Below are positions 8,031 through 17,747 of a stretch of DNA of 32,000 nucleotides, piece by piece. A program made the position numbers and the translations under genes. The notes beneath the pieces are model-generated. The model was not told where the DNA came from. It saw nothing but the letters and a program-made list of their open reading frames with translations, and searched no databases. Numbering within the stretch: position 1 is the first letter of the stretch; every line of letters begins with the position of its first letter. The stretch comes from Candidatus Nanopusillus acidilobi (lineage in GTDB: Archaea > Nanobdellota > Nanobdellia > Nanobdellales > Nanobdellaceae): positions 1 to 32,000 of the forward strand of contig CP010514.1 in the NCBI GenBank assembly GCA_001552015.1. Direction: 5' to 3'.

Positions 8031-9758
8031 TTAAATTTTCTTACCTATTAATATATATTTATTATATAATCTTTTATGTGATATTATTAATAATGTCTTT
8101 ATATTATGATATTCAAGTAATTCTCTTATTTTTTTAATTTCTTCTTCAATATCTTTTCTTTCTAAAAAGTCTGCATATGTTATTGATATTAAATATCCAT
8201 TATTTTTCAATGTTCTATATATATTTTTTACAAATTTATTTTTATCTATAATGAATTTTAATGTTTCATATATAATTATTAAATCAATGTTATTATAAAA
8301 TATTTTTGGAATTTCATCTTTTTTTGCAATGTATACAAAAAAATTATTCAGGTTTTTTGTCTTTTTCTGTAATTTTCTTACAATTTTTTGTGATATATCT
8401 AAGGCATAAACTTTTACATTATATCTTTTTGCTATATTTATAGATATATCACCAAGATATGGGCCAAAATCCAATATTTTATATCCATCTTTTATATAAT
8501 ATTCAACTATCTTTATATCTTCTTTATATCTTATTTTTCTAATTATAGATGAAAGGAAATATAATTTGGAAAAATAGAACTTTATGAATTTTGTATTTTT
8601 CTTCCATGTTATTTTTAATGTTACTGTTAATATAGAAATAGATATTAAAAAAGTTATTATAATTGCATATATATTATTTAGGAAATCATATAATAATAGA
8701 TAAGATAAAGTTGTCATCGAAAAAACAGCAATAAATATTTTTATTAATCTCCATTTATGTAAATTTTTTCCTTCTACCTTGATTTTTATATAAGATACTA
8801 TATATAGTATGTATATAATAATTGTAAAGGATATAAAAAATGATAATAAATAATTAAAATTATTCAAAAATAAAAATATTAAAATAATAAATGTAGATAA
8901 AAATATATTAAAGATTGGAGAATCTCTATTGTTCTTCATTCTAAAGAAATATGGTAATAATTTCTTTTCTGATATATTTTCTAATATTTTATTTGCAGTA
9001 TAAAACCATATATATGTAGAATATATACTAATTGGCAAAAATAGTAGAAGAACTATACTACCAATATTTTTTATTTTGATATTTAGTAAACTTATATATA
9101 ATAATATAGAAATTATTGAGAGAAGTATTGTCCCATAAAAAGTAGCATTTCCAGTTTTTCTATTATTCGAATAATTAGAATAATATGTAAGTATATCTAA
9201 ACCAGAAAATATTGATGTATTATATGATATTGTAAATAAAAAAGGATTTATTGAATTGTATTGAATATTTATATTTATTGGAAATATAAAAAGAAAAATT
9301 AAAATAATAGAATATATAATGGAAATATATGAAATAATCTCCTGTAATTTACTTTCAATATCTATGTTAAATAGATTAAATATAATGAATGAAAAAATCA
9401 TTATATATGATATTGTAAATAAAAAGGGATTTATCTTTGATAAGAAATTGTTTATCAATAGTAATTCTGAAGAAATAAATGATATTATTGACAAGTAATA
9501 AAAGAATCCAAAAGTTGGTAATAAATACTTTGAAAGTTTGGATATATAGTGAAATATTCCTAAAGGATTTGGATCTCTTGTTATAGAATCTCTAAATAAA
9601 TATGACAATAAAATAAATGTTAAAATGATCGGAGTTGAAGATATTAAAAAATATTGGATACTTATATATTGATTATTCATTAATAATATAAGAAAAGGTA
9701 TTTCAGGAACTATAACAGAGGATAAGAATAATACTATATAGTAAGAGAGCTTTTTCAT
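8031..9758 (-). CDS. Fusion protein: polytopic APC-like permease domain (about 400 aa) plus C-terminal class I SAM-dependent methyltransferase-like domain
   Basis: 575 aa. There are about 11-12 hydrophobic segments. APC-like patches are GLDILTYYS--SNNRKTGNATFYG and KLLPYFFRMKNNRDSPIFNIFL. The C-terminus has a Rossmann motif-I-like ILDFGPYLGDIS followed by VYALDIS. It lies 4 nt upstream of the NFACT gene on the same strand. Confidence 0.5.
   Translation of the reverse strand: MKKLSYYIVLFLSSVIVPEIPFLILLMNNQYISIQYFLISSTPIILTFILLSYLFRDSITRDPNPLGIFHYISKLSKYLLPTFGFFYYLSIISFISSELLLINNFLSKINPFLFTISYIMIFSFIIFNLFNIDIESKLQEIISYISIIYSIILIFLFIFPININIQYNSINPFLFTISYNTSIFSGLDILTYYSNYSNNRKTGNATFYGTILLSIISILLYISLLNIKIKNIGSIVLLLFLPISIYSTYIWFYTANKILENISEKKLLPYFFRMKNNRDSPIFNIFLSTFIILIFLFLNNFNYLLSFFISFTIIIYILYIVSYIKIKVEGKNLHKWRLIKIFIAVFSMTTLSYLLLYDFLNNIYAIIITFLISISILTVTLKITWKKNTKFIKFYFSKLYFLSSIIRKIRYKEDIKIVEYYIKDGYKILDFGPYLGDISINIAKRYNVKVYALDISQKIVRKLQKKTKNLNNFFVYIAKKDEIPKIFYNNIDLIIIYETLKFIIDKNKFVKNIYRTLKNNGYLISITYADFLERKDIEEEIKKIRELLEYHNIKTLLIISHKRLYNKYILIGKKI
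9221..9434 (-). repeat. Internal in-frame duplication inside the permease domain (31-nt copies at 9221-9251 and 9404-9434, 1 mismatch)
   Basis: TATATGATATTGTAAATAAAAA[A/G]GGATTTAT occurs twice, 183 nt (61 codons) apart. Both copies encode INPFLFTISY. Confidence 0.8.
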
Positions 9759-9865
9759 TTATATAATGACTACATTGATAAATATAGGAATAAACAGGTT
9801 GGAAATATAAAAATTTATAATAAATATTCAGTATCCTATATAAGTGGTAAAAATAATATATACCA

Positions 9866-10939
9866 ATGACTATAGGTATATCCTATAGTTTAGTTCAGGT
9901 TGCTAGAGAATCAAATCTGAAGAATGATATAATATATAAAAAATATAGATTTTTAGATAATAGAGAAAATAATATAGATTTAGATAATAAATTAGATTTA
10001 GATAAATTAATAGAACTATCAACATTACAATATAATATAAAAAATGTTAGATTATCTTATTTACCATCATATGTAGAAAATTCAGATGGAAAAATAGATA
10101 AAAATAAATTAAAAAACATTCTATATTTATTAGAACAATATAGAAATCAAGGAATTGATGTATTATTAGTATTATTGCATTTTACACATCCAAAAAATTG
10201 GCCAAATATTTTTGATAAGGATTTTCCAAAGTATTTTATAAATCATATAGAAAATGTAAAAGAAGTATTTAGCTATGTGAAACATATATCCCCTATAAAT
10301 GAGCCAATAAATGCATATTGGATAAATATTCAAATAAATCCAAGAGGGATTTTTTATCTAAATATATTTTTAAAAAACGTAGAAGAAATACAAGAATATA
10401 TTTATGATGAATTCAGAGAAAAGATAATACATTTTAATGTTTTTTCTCTTTATTCAAAAAATATAGGAAAAATAATTAATAAATTCCTGAAATCTTTTGA
10501 AGATCAGGTTAGAAAATTGAGAAATCTTTATGACATATTAGATATAAATTATTATGGAACTTATGGATTTAATTCATATGAAAAAAATTATCTTGGAAGT
10601 AAATTATTGAGGATAATATATTCGTATAATCCAAAGGATATTCAAAATTTAATATTTCATTATAAAAAATTATCAGGAGTTAGCGATATTTGGATAACAG
10701 AAACAGGTCTATATTCTAAAAGTTATGGGGAAGAAAAAATTAGATATGGATATATTGAAGAGTTAATAAAAAATATAAAAGAAATATCTCCTGATATTCG
10801 AGTATTTATTTGGACATTTGGAGATATTGTAAATGAATGGAAGAAAAAAGTAGGAAGATTTGGTATTTGTTATGATGAAAATAATATTGAAAAAAAGATA
10901 TGCGAAAATTATATAGAATTATTTAAGAAATATAGTTAA
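9866..10939 (+). CDS. Glycoside hydrolase family 1-like (clan GH-A beta-glycosidase), unusually short
   Basis: 357 aa. NEP acid/base motif (ISPINEPINAYW), nucleophile motif WITETG, NYYG, and a C-terminal W-FGD--NEW----GRFGI pattern typical of GH1. Confidence 0.55.
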   Translation: MTIGISYSLVQVARESNLKNDIIYKKYRFLDNRENNIDLDNKLDLDKLIELSTLQYNIKNVRLSYLPSYVENSDGKIDKNKLKNILYLLEQYRNQGIDVLLVLLHFTHPKNWPNIFDKDFPKYFINHIENVKEVFSYVKHISPINEPINAYWINIQINPRGIFYLNIFLKNVEEIQEYIYDEFREKIIHFNVFSLYSKNIGKIINKFLKSFEDQVRKLRNLYDILDINYYGTYGFNSYEKNYLGSKLLRIIYSYNPKDIQNLIFHYKKLSGVSDIWITETGLYSKSYGEEKIRYGYIEELIKNIKEISPDIRVFIWTFGDIVNEWKKKVGRFGICYDENNIEKKICENYIELFKKYS

Positions 10940-12717
10940 TGTTAATAATAGCAGAAAAACCTTCTGTAGCTAGAAAGATTTCATCATTCTTATCAAATAA
11001 TAAATATAGAACAGTAAGATTTTCAAAATATATATATTATTATTATTTTAATCAAGAAAAAAGAAATATATATGTTGTTCCTTCAATAGGTCATTTATTT
11101 ACATTATCTGATTTAGATAGAAAATATGATTATCCTACATTCAATTTTAGATGGGTTCCATCATATTTTGAGGATAGAATTATTGCAAAAAAATATTATA
11201 TTGAGATGTTTAGTAAATTTAGAAATGAGAATGAGATAATAATTGCAACAGATTACGATATAGAGGGAGAATTAATAGGTTATAATATTTTAAGATATGT
11301 ATTAAATAAAGAAAATGCAAATAGAATGATATTTTCTGCAATAACATATAAAGATATAGTAAGGGCTTTTAATAATAGGAAAGAAAGTTTAAATTTTGGT
11401 TATATATATGCTGGAGAAACTAGACATATAATAGATTGGTTATATGGTATAAATTTATCTAGAGCATTAACAAAGTCTCTATTTTATTATACAAGGAAAT
11501 TTGTTTTAAGTATTGGAAGGGTTCAGGGTCCAACATTAATGTTAGTATTTAATAGAGAAAATGAAATTGAAAACTTTAAACCTGAAGAATATTATAAAGT
11601 TGAAGCTTTGATTATAAAGGATGATAAAAAATTGAAATTTTCATATATAAAAGATAAAATAAAGGATAAAGATGAAGCAAATAAAATAAAAAATAGTGTT
11701 GAGAAATATTTAATTGTAATTAATGTAGATAAAAAAGAGGAAAAAGTAAATCCTCCACATCCATATAATTTAACAGATATACAGATGGATGCATATAAAT
11801 ATTATAAAATTAGTCCAAAGAGGACTTTAGATATTTTGCAATCTTTATATGAAAAGGGTTATGTATCATATCCAAGAACATCTTCTCAAAGATTACCTGA
11901 AACAATTAATTTTAGGGAAATATTGTCAAATTTATCATCAATAAATTCTTATAAGAAATATATAGCTCCTTTATTGGCAAAACAAATTTTAAAACCAAAT
12001 AATGGACCTAAGGATGATGTACATCCTGCAATACATCCTACAGGAAATATTCCAGAATATTTAGAATATAAGGAAAAATTAATTTATGATTTAGTAGTTA
12101 AAAGATTTATTGCAACATTTTATGATCCTGCAATATTGTATAAAATAAATGTTATTACAAAAGAAAATTTTGTTTACAATTATTATGATATAAAATATAA
12201 AGGATGGTTAGATATTTATTGGGAAATATATAAGAACAACTTTATTTCTTTAAAATTTAATATAGGAGAAAAATTGTTAGTAGATAAAGTTAATATATTA
12301 AAGAGAAAAACAAAACCGCCTGCAAGATATAATAAAGCTTCTTTGGTTAAAAAAATGGAAGAATTAAATTTAGGAACAAAAAGTACAAGGGCAGATATTG
12401 TTGAAATATTATTTAAGAGGAAATATGTTGAGGGAAGATCAATAAAAATAACTGAATTAGGTAAAAAAATTATTGAAATATTTGAGAAATATTATCCAGA
12501 TATTTTGGACATAAACTTTACAAGAAAAATGGAAGAAAATTTGGAAAAACTAGAAAATAAACCTGATATAAGCTTAAAGGAAAAAATAATTGAAGAAAAT
12601 GTGGAAATAATAAAAGATTTATCTAAAGTTATGAAGGAAAATGAGAAAAAAATTGGTGAAGAATTGTATAACTTTATTAAAGATTATTTAAATAAAAGAA
12701 AATTAAAAAGTAATTGA
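10939..12717 (+). CDS. topA: Type IA DNA topoisomerase (TopA/Topo III-like)
   Basis: 592 aa. TOPRIM start is MLIIAEKPS, with an acidic DYDIEGE motif. The active-site tyrosine context is GYVSYPRTSSQRL. The start overlaps the upstream stop (TAATG). Confidence 0.88.
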   Translation: MLIIAEKPSVARKISSFLSNNKYRTVRFSKYIYYYYFNQEKRNIYVVPSIGHLFTLSDLDRKYDYPTFNFRWVPSYFEDRIIAKKYYIEMFSKFRNENEIIIATDYDIEGELIGYNILRYVLNKENANRMIFSAITYKDIVRAFNNRKESLNFGYIYAGETRHIIDWLYGINLSRALTKSLFYYTRKFVLSIGRVQGPTLMLVFNRENEIENFKPEEYYKVEALIIKDDKKLKFSYIKDKIKDKDEANKIKNSVEKYLIVINVDKKEEKVNPPHPYNLTDIQMDAYKYYKISPKRTLDILQSLYEKGYVSYPRTSSQRLPETINFREILSNLSSINSYKKYIAPLLAKQILKPNNGPKDDVHPAIHPTGNIPEYLEYKEKLIYDLVVKRFIATFYDPAILYKINVITKENFVYNYYDIKYKGWLDIYWEIYKNNFISLKFNIGEKLLVDKVNILKRKTKPPARYNKASLVKKMEELNLGTKSTRADIVEILFKRKYVEGRSIKITELGKKIIEIFEKYYPDILDINFTRKMEENLEKLENKPDISLKEKIIEENVEIIKDLSKVMKENEKKIGEELYNFIKDYLNKRKLKSN

Positions 12718-12752
12718 TAAAATTTATAAATAACAACAAAACCAAAAATTAA

Positions 12753-13184
12753 ATGCCACCAAAAGAAAGAAATATACTTCTTATTTATATATTAGGTTTT
12801 GTAACATTTGGAATATATATTTTATATTGGCTGTATGAGACAAAAAAAGAATTGGAAGAATTAGGAGCAGATATACCATCATTTATACTATATTTCATAC
12901 CAATAGTAAATATATATTGGTTATATAGATATACAAAAGGATGGGCTTATGTTACTAAGAAAAATGAAGGCAATGCAATAGTATACTTTATATTATTTCT
13001 GTTCCTTGGTATAGTTATGCCATATTTAGTTCAAAAGAGTTTAAATCAAATAGCAAGGAATTATAAGAGGCAACAAATGATGAGACAGCGTATGTCACCA
13101 CAGTATTATCCAGGATATCCATATTATCAGAGACAACAATCCCCAGGATATTCAAATTATCCAGCAGGTCAGTTTAGAATGTAG
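12753..13184 (+). CDS. Small two-TM membrane protein (DUF4234-like) with a Q/Y/P-rich C-terminal tail
   Basis: 143 aa. Repeated GIYILYWLY / VNIYWLYRY hydrophobic motifs. The tail is RQQMMRQRMSPQYYPGYPYYQRQQSPGYSNYPAGQFRM. A TATA-like TTTATAAATA is centred about 26 nt upstream of the ATG. Confidence 0.5.
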   Translation: MPPKERNILLIYILGFVTFGIYILYWLYETKKELEELGADIPSFILYFIPIVNIYWLYRYTKGWAYVTKKNEGNAIVYFILFLFLGIVMPYLVQKSLNQIARNYKRQQMMRQRMSPQYYPGYPYYQRQQSPGYSNYPAGQFRM

Positions 13185-13337
13185 TTTTTAATTTATCAAT
13201 TATTTAATTTTCAATATTTAAAAGAGGAATAAAAAAGAGAATTTTAAGTTTTATATACCTACTTTGAAATTCATAAGTTTTAGATAATGAGATAATGTTT
13301 ATAAAGTATAGATTGTAGGTAAGTTATTCTCCTTTGG

Positions 13338-13916
13338 ATGAACTATAAATTACAAAAAAATTGCGATTCATATAAAAAATTTATGGACAAGGATCTAATA
13401 TTCTTCAATAAAATGTTTATGATTGATTATAAAATATCGGAATTTTTTTACAATAAATTAAGAGATAAATTAAATCTTGTTTATGTAATTGATACAATTT
13501 CATATTTAATAAACCTATCTTTTGTTTTATATATAATATTTTTAATTAATTTTAGTTATATTTTTCTTTTCATTATATCTACAGCAATAACTTATTTGTT
13601 AAAATTAATAGTTAATAGAAAAAGACCATATTATTACTTTGATAAAAGATTTGCTATACTAGTCTATGAAAATCATTCTTTTCCAAGTGAGCATACTGTT
13701 ATTGCAACATTATCCTTTATAATAACAGGAAACATTTTAGTGTTTATAGCTCCAATATTAAGAATTATTACTTTAAAACACTGGTTATCTGATGCAATAT
13801 TTTCTATAATTCTTTCTTTCGGTTTTTACATATTTTTTAGTTCTTTCATTAATTTTTCTGAATTATATAATTTATTGATTAGTTATATTAAAATAATTAA
13901 ATATTTAGATTTTTAA
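13338..13916 (+). CDS. PAP2-superfamily membrane phosphatase
   Basis: 192 aa. All three PAP2 motifs are readable: K-x6-RP (KLIVNRKRP), PSxH (FPSEHT) and R-x5-H-x3-D (RIITLKHWLSD). Confidence 0.65.
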   Translation: MNYKLQKNCDSYKKFMDKDLIFFNKMFMIDYKISEFFYNKLRDKLNLVYVIDTISYLINLSFVLYIIFLINFSYIFLFIISTAITYLLKLIVNRKRPYYYFDKRFAILVYENHSFPSEHTVIATLSFIITGNILVFIAPILRIITLKHWLSDAIFSIILSFGFYIFFSSFINFSELYNLLISYIKIIKYLDF

Positions 13917-13930
13917 TTTAAATATTGTTT

Positions 13931-13950
13931 TTTATAAAAATTTTTTATAA
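13931..13950 (+). promoter_or_regulatory. Putative promoter, TTTATAAAAA + TTTTTTATAA, 11 nt before the ATG at 13962
   Basis: Nearly identical in sequence and spacing to the orc1/cdc6 upstream element at 5-24. Confidence 0.4.
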
Positions 13951-13961
13951 AAAATATTATA

Positions 13962-14558
13962 ATGTCAGGAGATATACAGAAAATGTTTCAAAGTGAATAT
14001 AATAGAAATCTTGATGAAATTATAAAATTTTCAGATATTTTATCAAAAACATTAATAAATTACCTCCTTGATGGGGAAATAAAAAATACTATTATAGAAG
14101 ATCAATCTTATGATTCAACAACTATTAAATATATCGGAACTGCATATTCAAGAGAACCTTCTTTGGGAAAAAATATAGAAATTATAAGAAGATTAGAGGG
14201 TATATTGACTATTGAAGGTGAAAAGCTAGTTTTAGAATTAAAAAAAGGAGAAATTAGAAATAAAAAAACATATATTAAAAGATATGAAAGAGAAGCAGAT
14301 GACCTATATAGTTTAAAAAAATTGAGAGAAAAAGATGAAAGATTGGCTTTTTCTATTGAGTTTTTAAAAAATCAATCATATCTAGAAGGTATTGATATAC
14401 GCGAAGCAGAGATAAAATATAATATACTAACTGGTGAATATAAAATTAGAGTATGTGGAAAGATGGTTGAGCCACGTTCATCAGTTGACTTATTAATAAA
14501 AGAAAAATGCTTATATTTTGAAAATAAAAGACAGTTAACTGATCAATATAATATATAG
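13962..14558 (+). CDS. Hypothetical protein (no family recognised)
   Basis: 198-aa ORF with ordinary, non-low-complexity composition and a strong promoter-like element at canonical spacing. I recognised no motifs. Confidence 0.55.
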   Translation: MSGDIQKMFQSEYNRNLDEIIKFSDILSKTLINYLLDGEIKNTIIEDQSYDSTTIKYIGTAYSREPSLGKNIEIIRRLEGILTIEGEKLVLELKKGEIRNKKTYIKRYEREADDLYSLKKLREKDERLAFSIEFLKNQSYLEGIDIREAEIKYNILTGEYKIRVCGKMVEPRSSVDLLIKEKCLYFENKRQLTDQYNI

Positions 14559-14576
14559 TAAAATTATCAAAAAATA

Positions 14577-15179
14577 TTATCTTTCTATTATATTTAATAT
14601 TTTATTCAATATATCTTCAGGTTTTTCTTCTCCATTGATATAAATTATATTATCTTCTGGAAATATTTCCTTTAATTTTAGGAAATTTTCTCTTACTTTT
14701 TTTAAGAATTCAATATTTTCATAACTTGTAATACTTTTACCCCTTGAATTTATTCTCTCCATTGCAATTTTTGGATCAATATCTAATACAAAAGTAATAT
14801 CTGGTTTAATTATATATTTTGATATACATTTTAACCATTCAATATCTATTCCTTCATATAAAATTTGATAAGAAAATGAAGAATAAATACTTCTATCAGA
14901 AATAATAATATAATCATCATTTAAATATTTCTTTAAATCAATGTTTTTTATACTTCTATCTGCAGTAAATAATAAAGCTAGTAAATATCCATAATCCAAA
15001 TTTTTTTCATGTTCTTTTAAAATTATTTCCTTTATTTTTTTAGATAAATCTTTATCATATGGCTCTTTCATCAATATTAGCTTATTATACTTTTTAGATA
15101 ATTCATTATATAACAAATTTGCAATTGTTGTTTTCCCTGATCCATCAATTCCTTCAATTGCAATATATTTATATTTCAT
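14577..15179 (-). CDS. tmk: Thymidylate kinase
   Basis: 200 aa. P-loop IAIEGIDGSGKTT, a DR-type motif (ISDRSIYSS), and a size typical of Tmk. Confidence 0.85.
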   Translation of the reverse strand: MKYKYIAIEGIDGSGKTTIANLLYNELSKKYNKLILMKEPYDKDLSKKIKEIILKEHEKNLDYGYLLALLFTADRSIKNIDLKKYLNDDYIIISDRSIYSSFSYQILYEGIDIEWLKCISKYIIKPDITFVLDIDPKIAMERINSRGKSITSYENIEFLKKVRENFLKLKEIFPEDNIIYINGEEKPEDILNKILNIIER

Positions 15180-15201
15180 TTATTTTTCTTTTAAAAAAAT
15201 T

Positions 15202-17055
15202 TTATAATCTAATTATATCACCATTCTTTGGTGCATATGAATATATTCCAAACTTTCTATATATTTTAGATGCTAATTCATATGGTTTTGGAATTTCACC
15301 ATGTACTACTATAGCTTGTTTTGGTTTTGGTCTTAAATATTTAATAAAAGATATTGATTCAAAATGATCTGCATGACCTGAAAAACCTTCATATTTATTT
15401 ATTCTCATTTTTATATTTATTTTTCTATCATTCAATACAATTTCTTTTTGTCCATCTAATATTGTTCTACCTAAAGTACCTTGTGCCTGATATGAAACAA
15501 AAGCCAATAAATTCTTTTCATCTTCTGCAGCATAACTAAAATAATCCAATATAGGTCCTCCTTGCATCATACCAGATGTTGCAATTATTATTGAAGGTTC
15601 ATTAGATGTCATAATTTGTTCTCTTTCTTTTTTACTTGCTCTTATTACATTTTCTCTCTCAAATGGATTTTTTCCAGATTCTATTTTTTCTCTAATTTCT
15701 TTACTTAAAAATTCTGGATATGCTGTATGAATCATTGATGTTTCCCAAACAATTCCCTCTAAATATATATTTACTTCTGGTAACATTTTATTTTCAATTG
15801 CATTTAATAATGTTAATAAAACATCCTGCCCCCTTCCAACTGCTAATACTGGTATTAATACTTTTCCTCCTTTTTCAATTGTTTCCTTTATATCATGAAT
15901 AAATAATGCTTCAGTTTCCTCTCTTGATGGATGTTTATCATTAAATCCTCCATATGTGCTTTCAATTATTAATGTTTCTAATCTTTGATATAATGTATTT
16001 GGTCTTTCTAATAAAGGAATTTTATTAAATTTATAATCTCCAGTATATAATATATTATGTTTTCCTTCAATATTTATATGAACCATTGAAGATCCAATTA
16101 TATGATTTGCATTATGGAATGATATTTTTATATCACCAGTTATATCAGTTACTTCAGAATAATTTAATGTAATAGAATGTTTTAAAAATAATTTAATTTC
16201 CTTTGTTGTAAATATAGGATTTTTACTCTGTTTATTACTTACTTTTAGATAATCTAATAAAACCAAAGCTGCAACATCCCTTGTTGGCTCTGTCAAATAT
16301 ACAGGTCCCCTCCATCCAATTCTAAATAAATATGGAACAAATCCAACATGATCTAAATGGGCATGTGAAATAATTACGGCATCTAAATTTTGTATATCAA
16401 ATTCAGGAATATTTAATATTGGATATCTATCTTCTGAATAATTTCCTGCACCCAATCCACAATCTAATAAAATATTACTTTCTTTTGTTTGTAATAAAAA
16501 TGAAGATCTTCCAACCTCCCTTCCAGCACCTAGAAAAACAATTCTATAATGATCTAATCTTTGTGTTTTTCTTTCCAGTATTTCTTCTCCAATTTTATTT
16601 AAAAATTCAGATTTATATAAAGAATTTTTATGTAAATATGTCCTAATAACATTTATTATTTTTGAAGATTTTAATGGAGCCCTTTGTATTATAATATTAC
16701 ATAGTGTTTCTTCTCTTAATTTATTAATTAAATTTAAATCAATTTTTTCAGGTTCATATGTTTCAATATATAATACAGATCTGTGTTTTTCAAGATATAT
16801 ATCTTTTATTTTTATTCCATTTAATATTTCTTTTACTTTTTCCTTAATATATTCCTCTCCCTTTAATAATTTTGGATTTATCCTTATTTCAATCCTTTTC
16901 TTATATTTTTGTGCTAGATTTTTTCCTATTTCAATTCCTTTTATAAATAAATCTACATTGTTTACATATATAACTATCTTTGGTCCTTCAAAGATTATCT
17001 TATTTATGTCCTTTGATTGGAATTCTTTTAATAATTCTTCCTTAACATTCATCAT
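15202..17055 (-). CDS. aCPSF1: KH-domain beta-CASP metallo-beta-lactamase ribonuclease
   Basis: 617 aa. N-terminal KH-like repeats, the metallo-beta-lactamase signature ISHAHLDHVG, and C-terminal SGHAD and VHGE motifs typical of beta-CASP RNases. Confidence 0.9.
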   Translation of the reverse strand: MMNVKEELLKEFQSKDINKIIFEGPKIVIYVNNVDLFIKGIEIGKNLAQKYKKRIEIRINPKLLKGEEYIKEKVKEILNGIKIKDIYLEKHRSVLYIETYEPEKIDLNLINKLREETLCNIIIQRAPLKSSKIINVIRTYLHKNSLYKSEFLNKIGEEILERKTQRLDHYRIVFLGAGREVGRSSFLLQTKESNILLDCGLGAGNYSEDRYPILNIPEFDIQNLDAVIISHAHLDHVGFVPYLFRIGWRGPVYLTEPTRDVAALVLLDYLKVSNKQSKNPIFTTKEIKLFLKHSITLNYSEVTDITGDIKISFHNANHIIGSSMVHINIEGKHNILYTGDYKFNKIPLLERPNTLYQRLETLIIESTYGGFNDKHPSREETEALFIHDIKETIEKGGKVLIPVLAVGRGQDVLLTLLNAIENKMLPEVNIYLEGIVWETSMIHTAYPEFLSKEIREKIESGKNPFERENVIRASKKEREQIMTSNEPSIIIATSGMMQGGPILDYFSYAAEDEKNLLAFVSYQAQGTLGRTILDGQKEIVLNDRKINIKMRINKYEGFSGHADHFESISFIKYLRPKPKQAIVVHGEIPKPYELASKIYRKFGIYSYAPKNGDIIRL

Positions 17056-17099
17056 AAATAATGTAAATACCTTTTATAGTTAAGTATAAATTTAAAAAA

Positions 17100-17717
17100 T
17101 TATTTTTTCTGTAATTCTTCCTTTATCTCGTAAAGCTCCTTCTTCAATCCTTCTTTTGTTAATGTCCAAATTTCAATACCATATCCAGATCCCAAATCTC
17201 TTTTTATAGCAGCCAATATTGCTTTTTTTGCTAATTCTCTTGCTTCTTCCTCATTCATATTTTCTTTATATTCTGTTTCTAATACACCTAGAGCAAATAC
17301 CATTCCAGAACCTGTAGATATAAAGTCATCAAATTTTTCTAATCCTCCAGCTTCATCTATTGAATATATATGGTAATCATCATTATCTTTTCCAACAATT
17401 ATTACTTCTGAAAAGAATGGGAACCATTTATAATAATTCATCAGGGATGCTAGAAAACTTGCAGCTTCTTCTGCAGTTGGTTCATTTTTTGATCTTAAAT
17501 ATTTTAATTTTAGGTTTGCTTGTAATATTTTTACTAAAGTTTGAATATCTCCAACCAAACCAGCAGCCCCCATTAATATATTATCAGTAATTTGATATAA
17601 TTTTTGTGTTTTCTTATGATATACCATCATTCCTGCTGTTGTTTGTCTATCTGATGCAATTAATACTCCATCTTTAAATTTTATTGCAACAATTGTTGTC
17701 CCAGATGATTCCGTCAT
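17100..17717 (-). CDS. psmB: Proteasome subunit beta
   Basis: 205 aa. Short propeptide, then TTIVAIKFKDGVLIASD (catalytic Thr after G). GSG and other Ntn-hydrolase motifs are present. Confidence 0.9.
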   Translation of the reverse strand: MTESSGTTIVAIKFKDGVLIASDRQTTAGMMVYHKKTQKLYQITDNILMGAAGLVGDIQTLVKILQANLKLKYLRSKNEPTAEEAASFLASLMNYYKWFPFFSEVIIVGKDNDDYHIYSIDEAGGLEKFDDFISTGSGMVFALGVLETEYKENMNEEEARELAKKAILAAIKRDLGSGYGIEIWTLTKEGLKKELYEIKEELQKK

Positions 17718-17747
17718 AGTTCTATTATAATGAAATATATTTATAAG

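Noticed and set aside
9767-9776. A third partial copy (ATGACTACAT) of the island's direct-repeat core, found in the intergenic region upstream of the permease-methyltransferase gene.
   Set aside because: It is only a 10-nt match and is in the opposite orientation relative to the island copies. That is within chance expectation for a 32-kb window searched on both strands.
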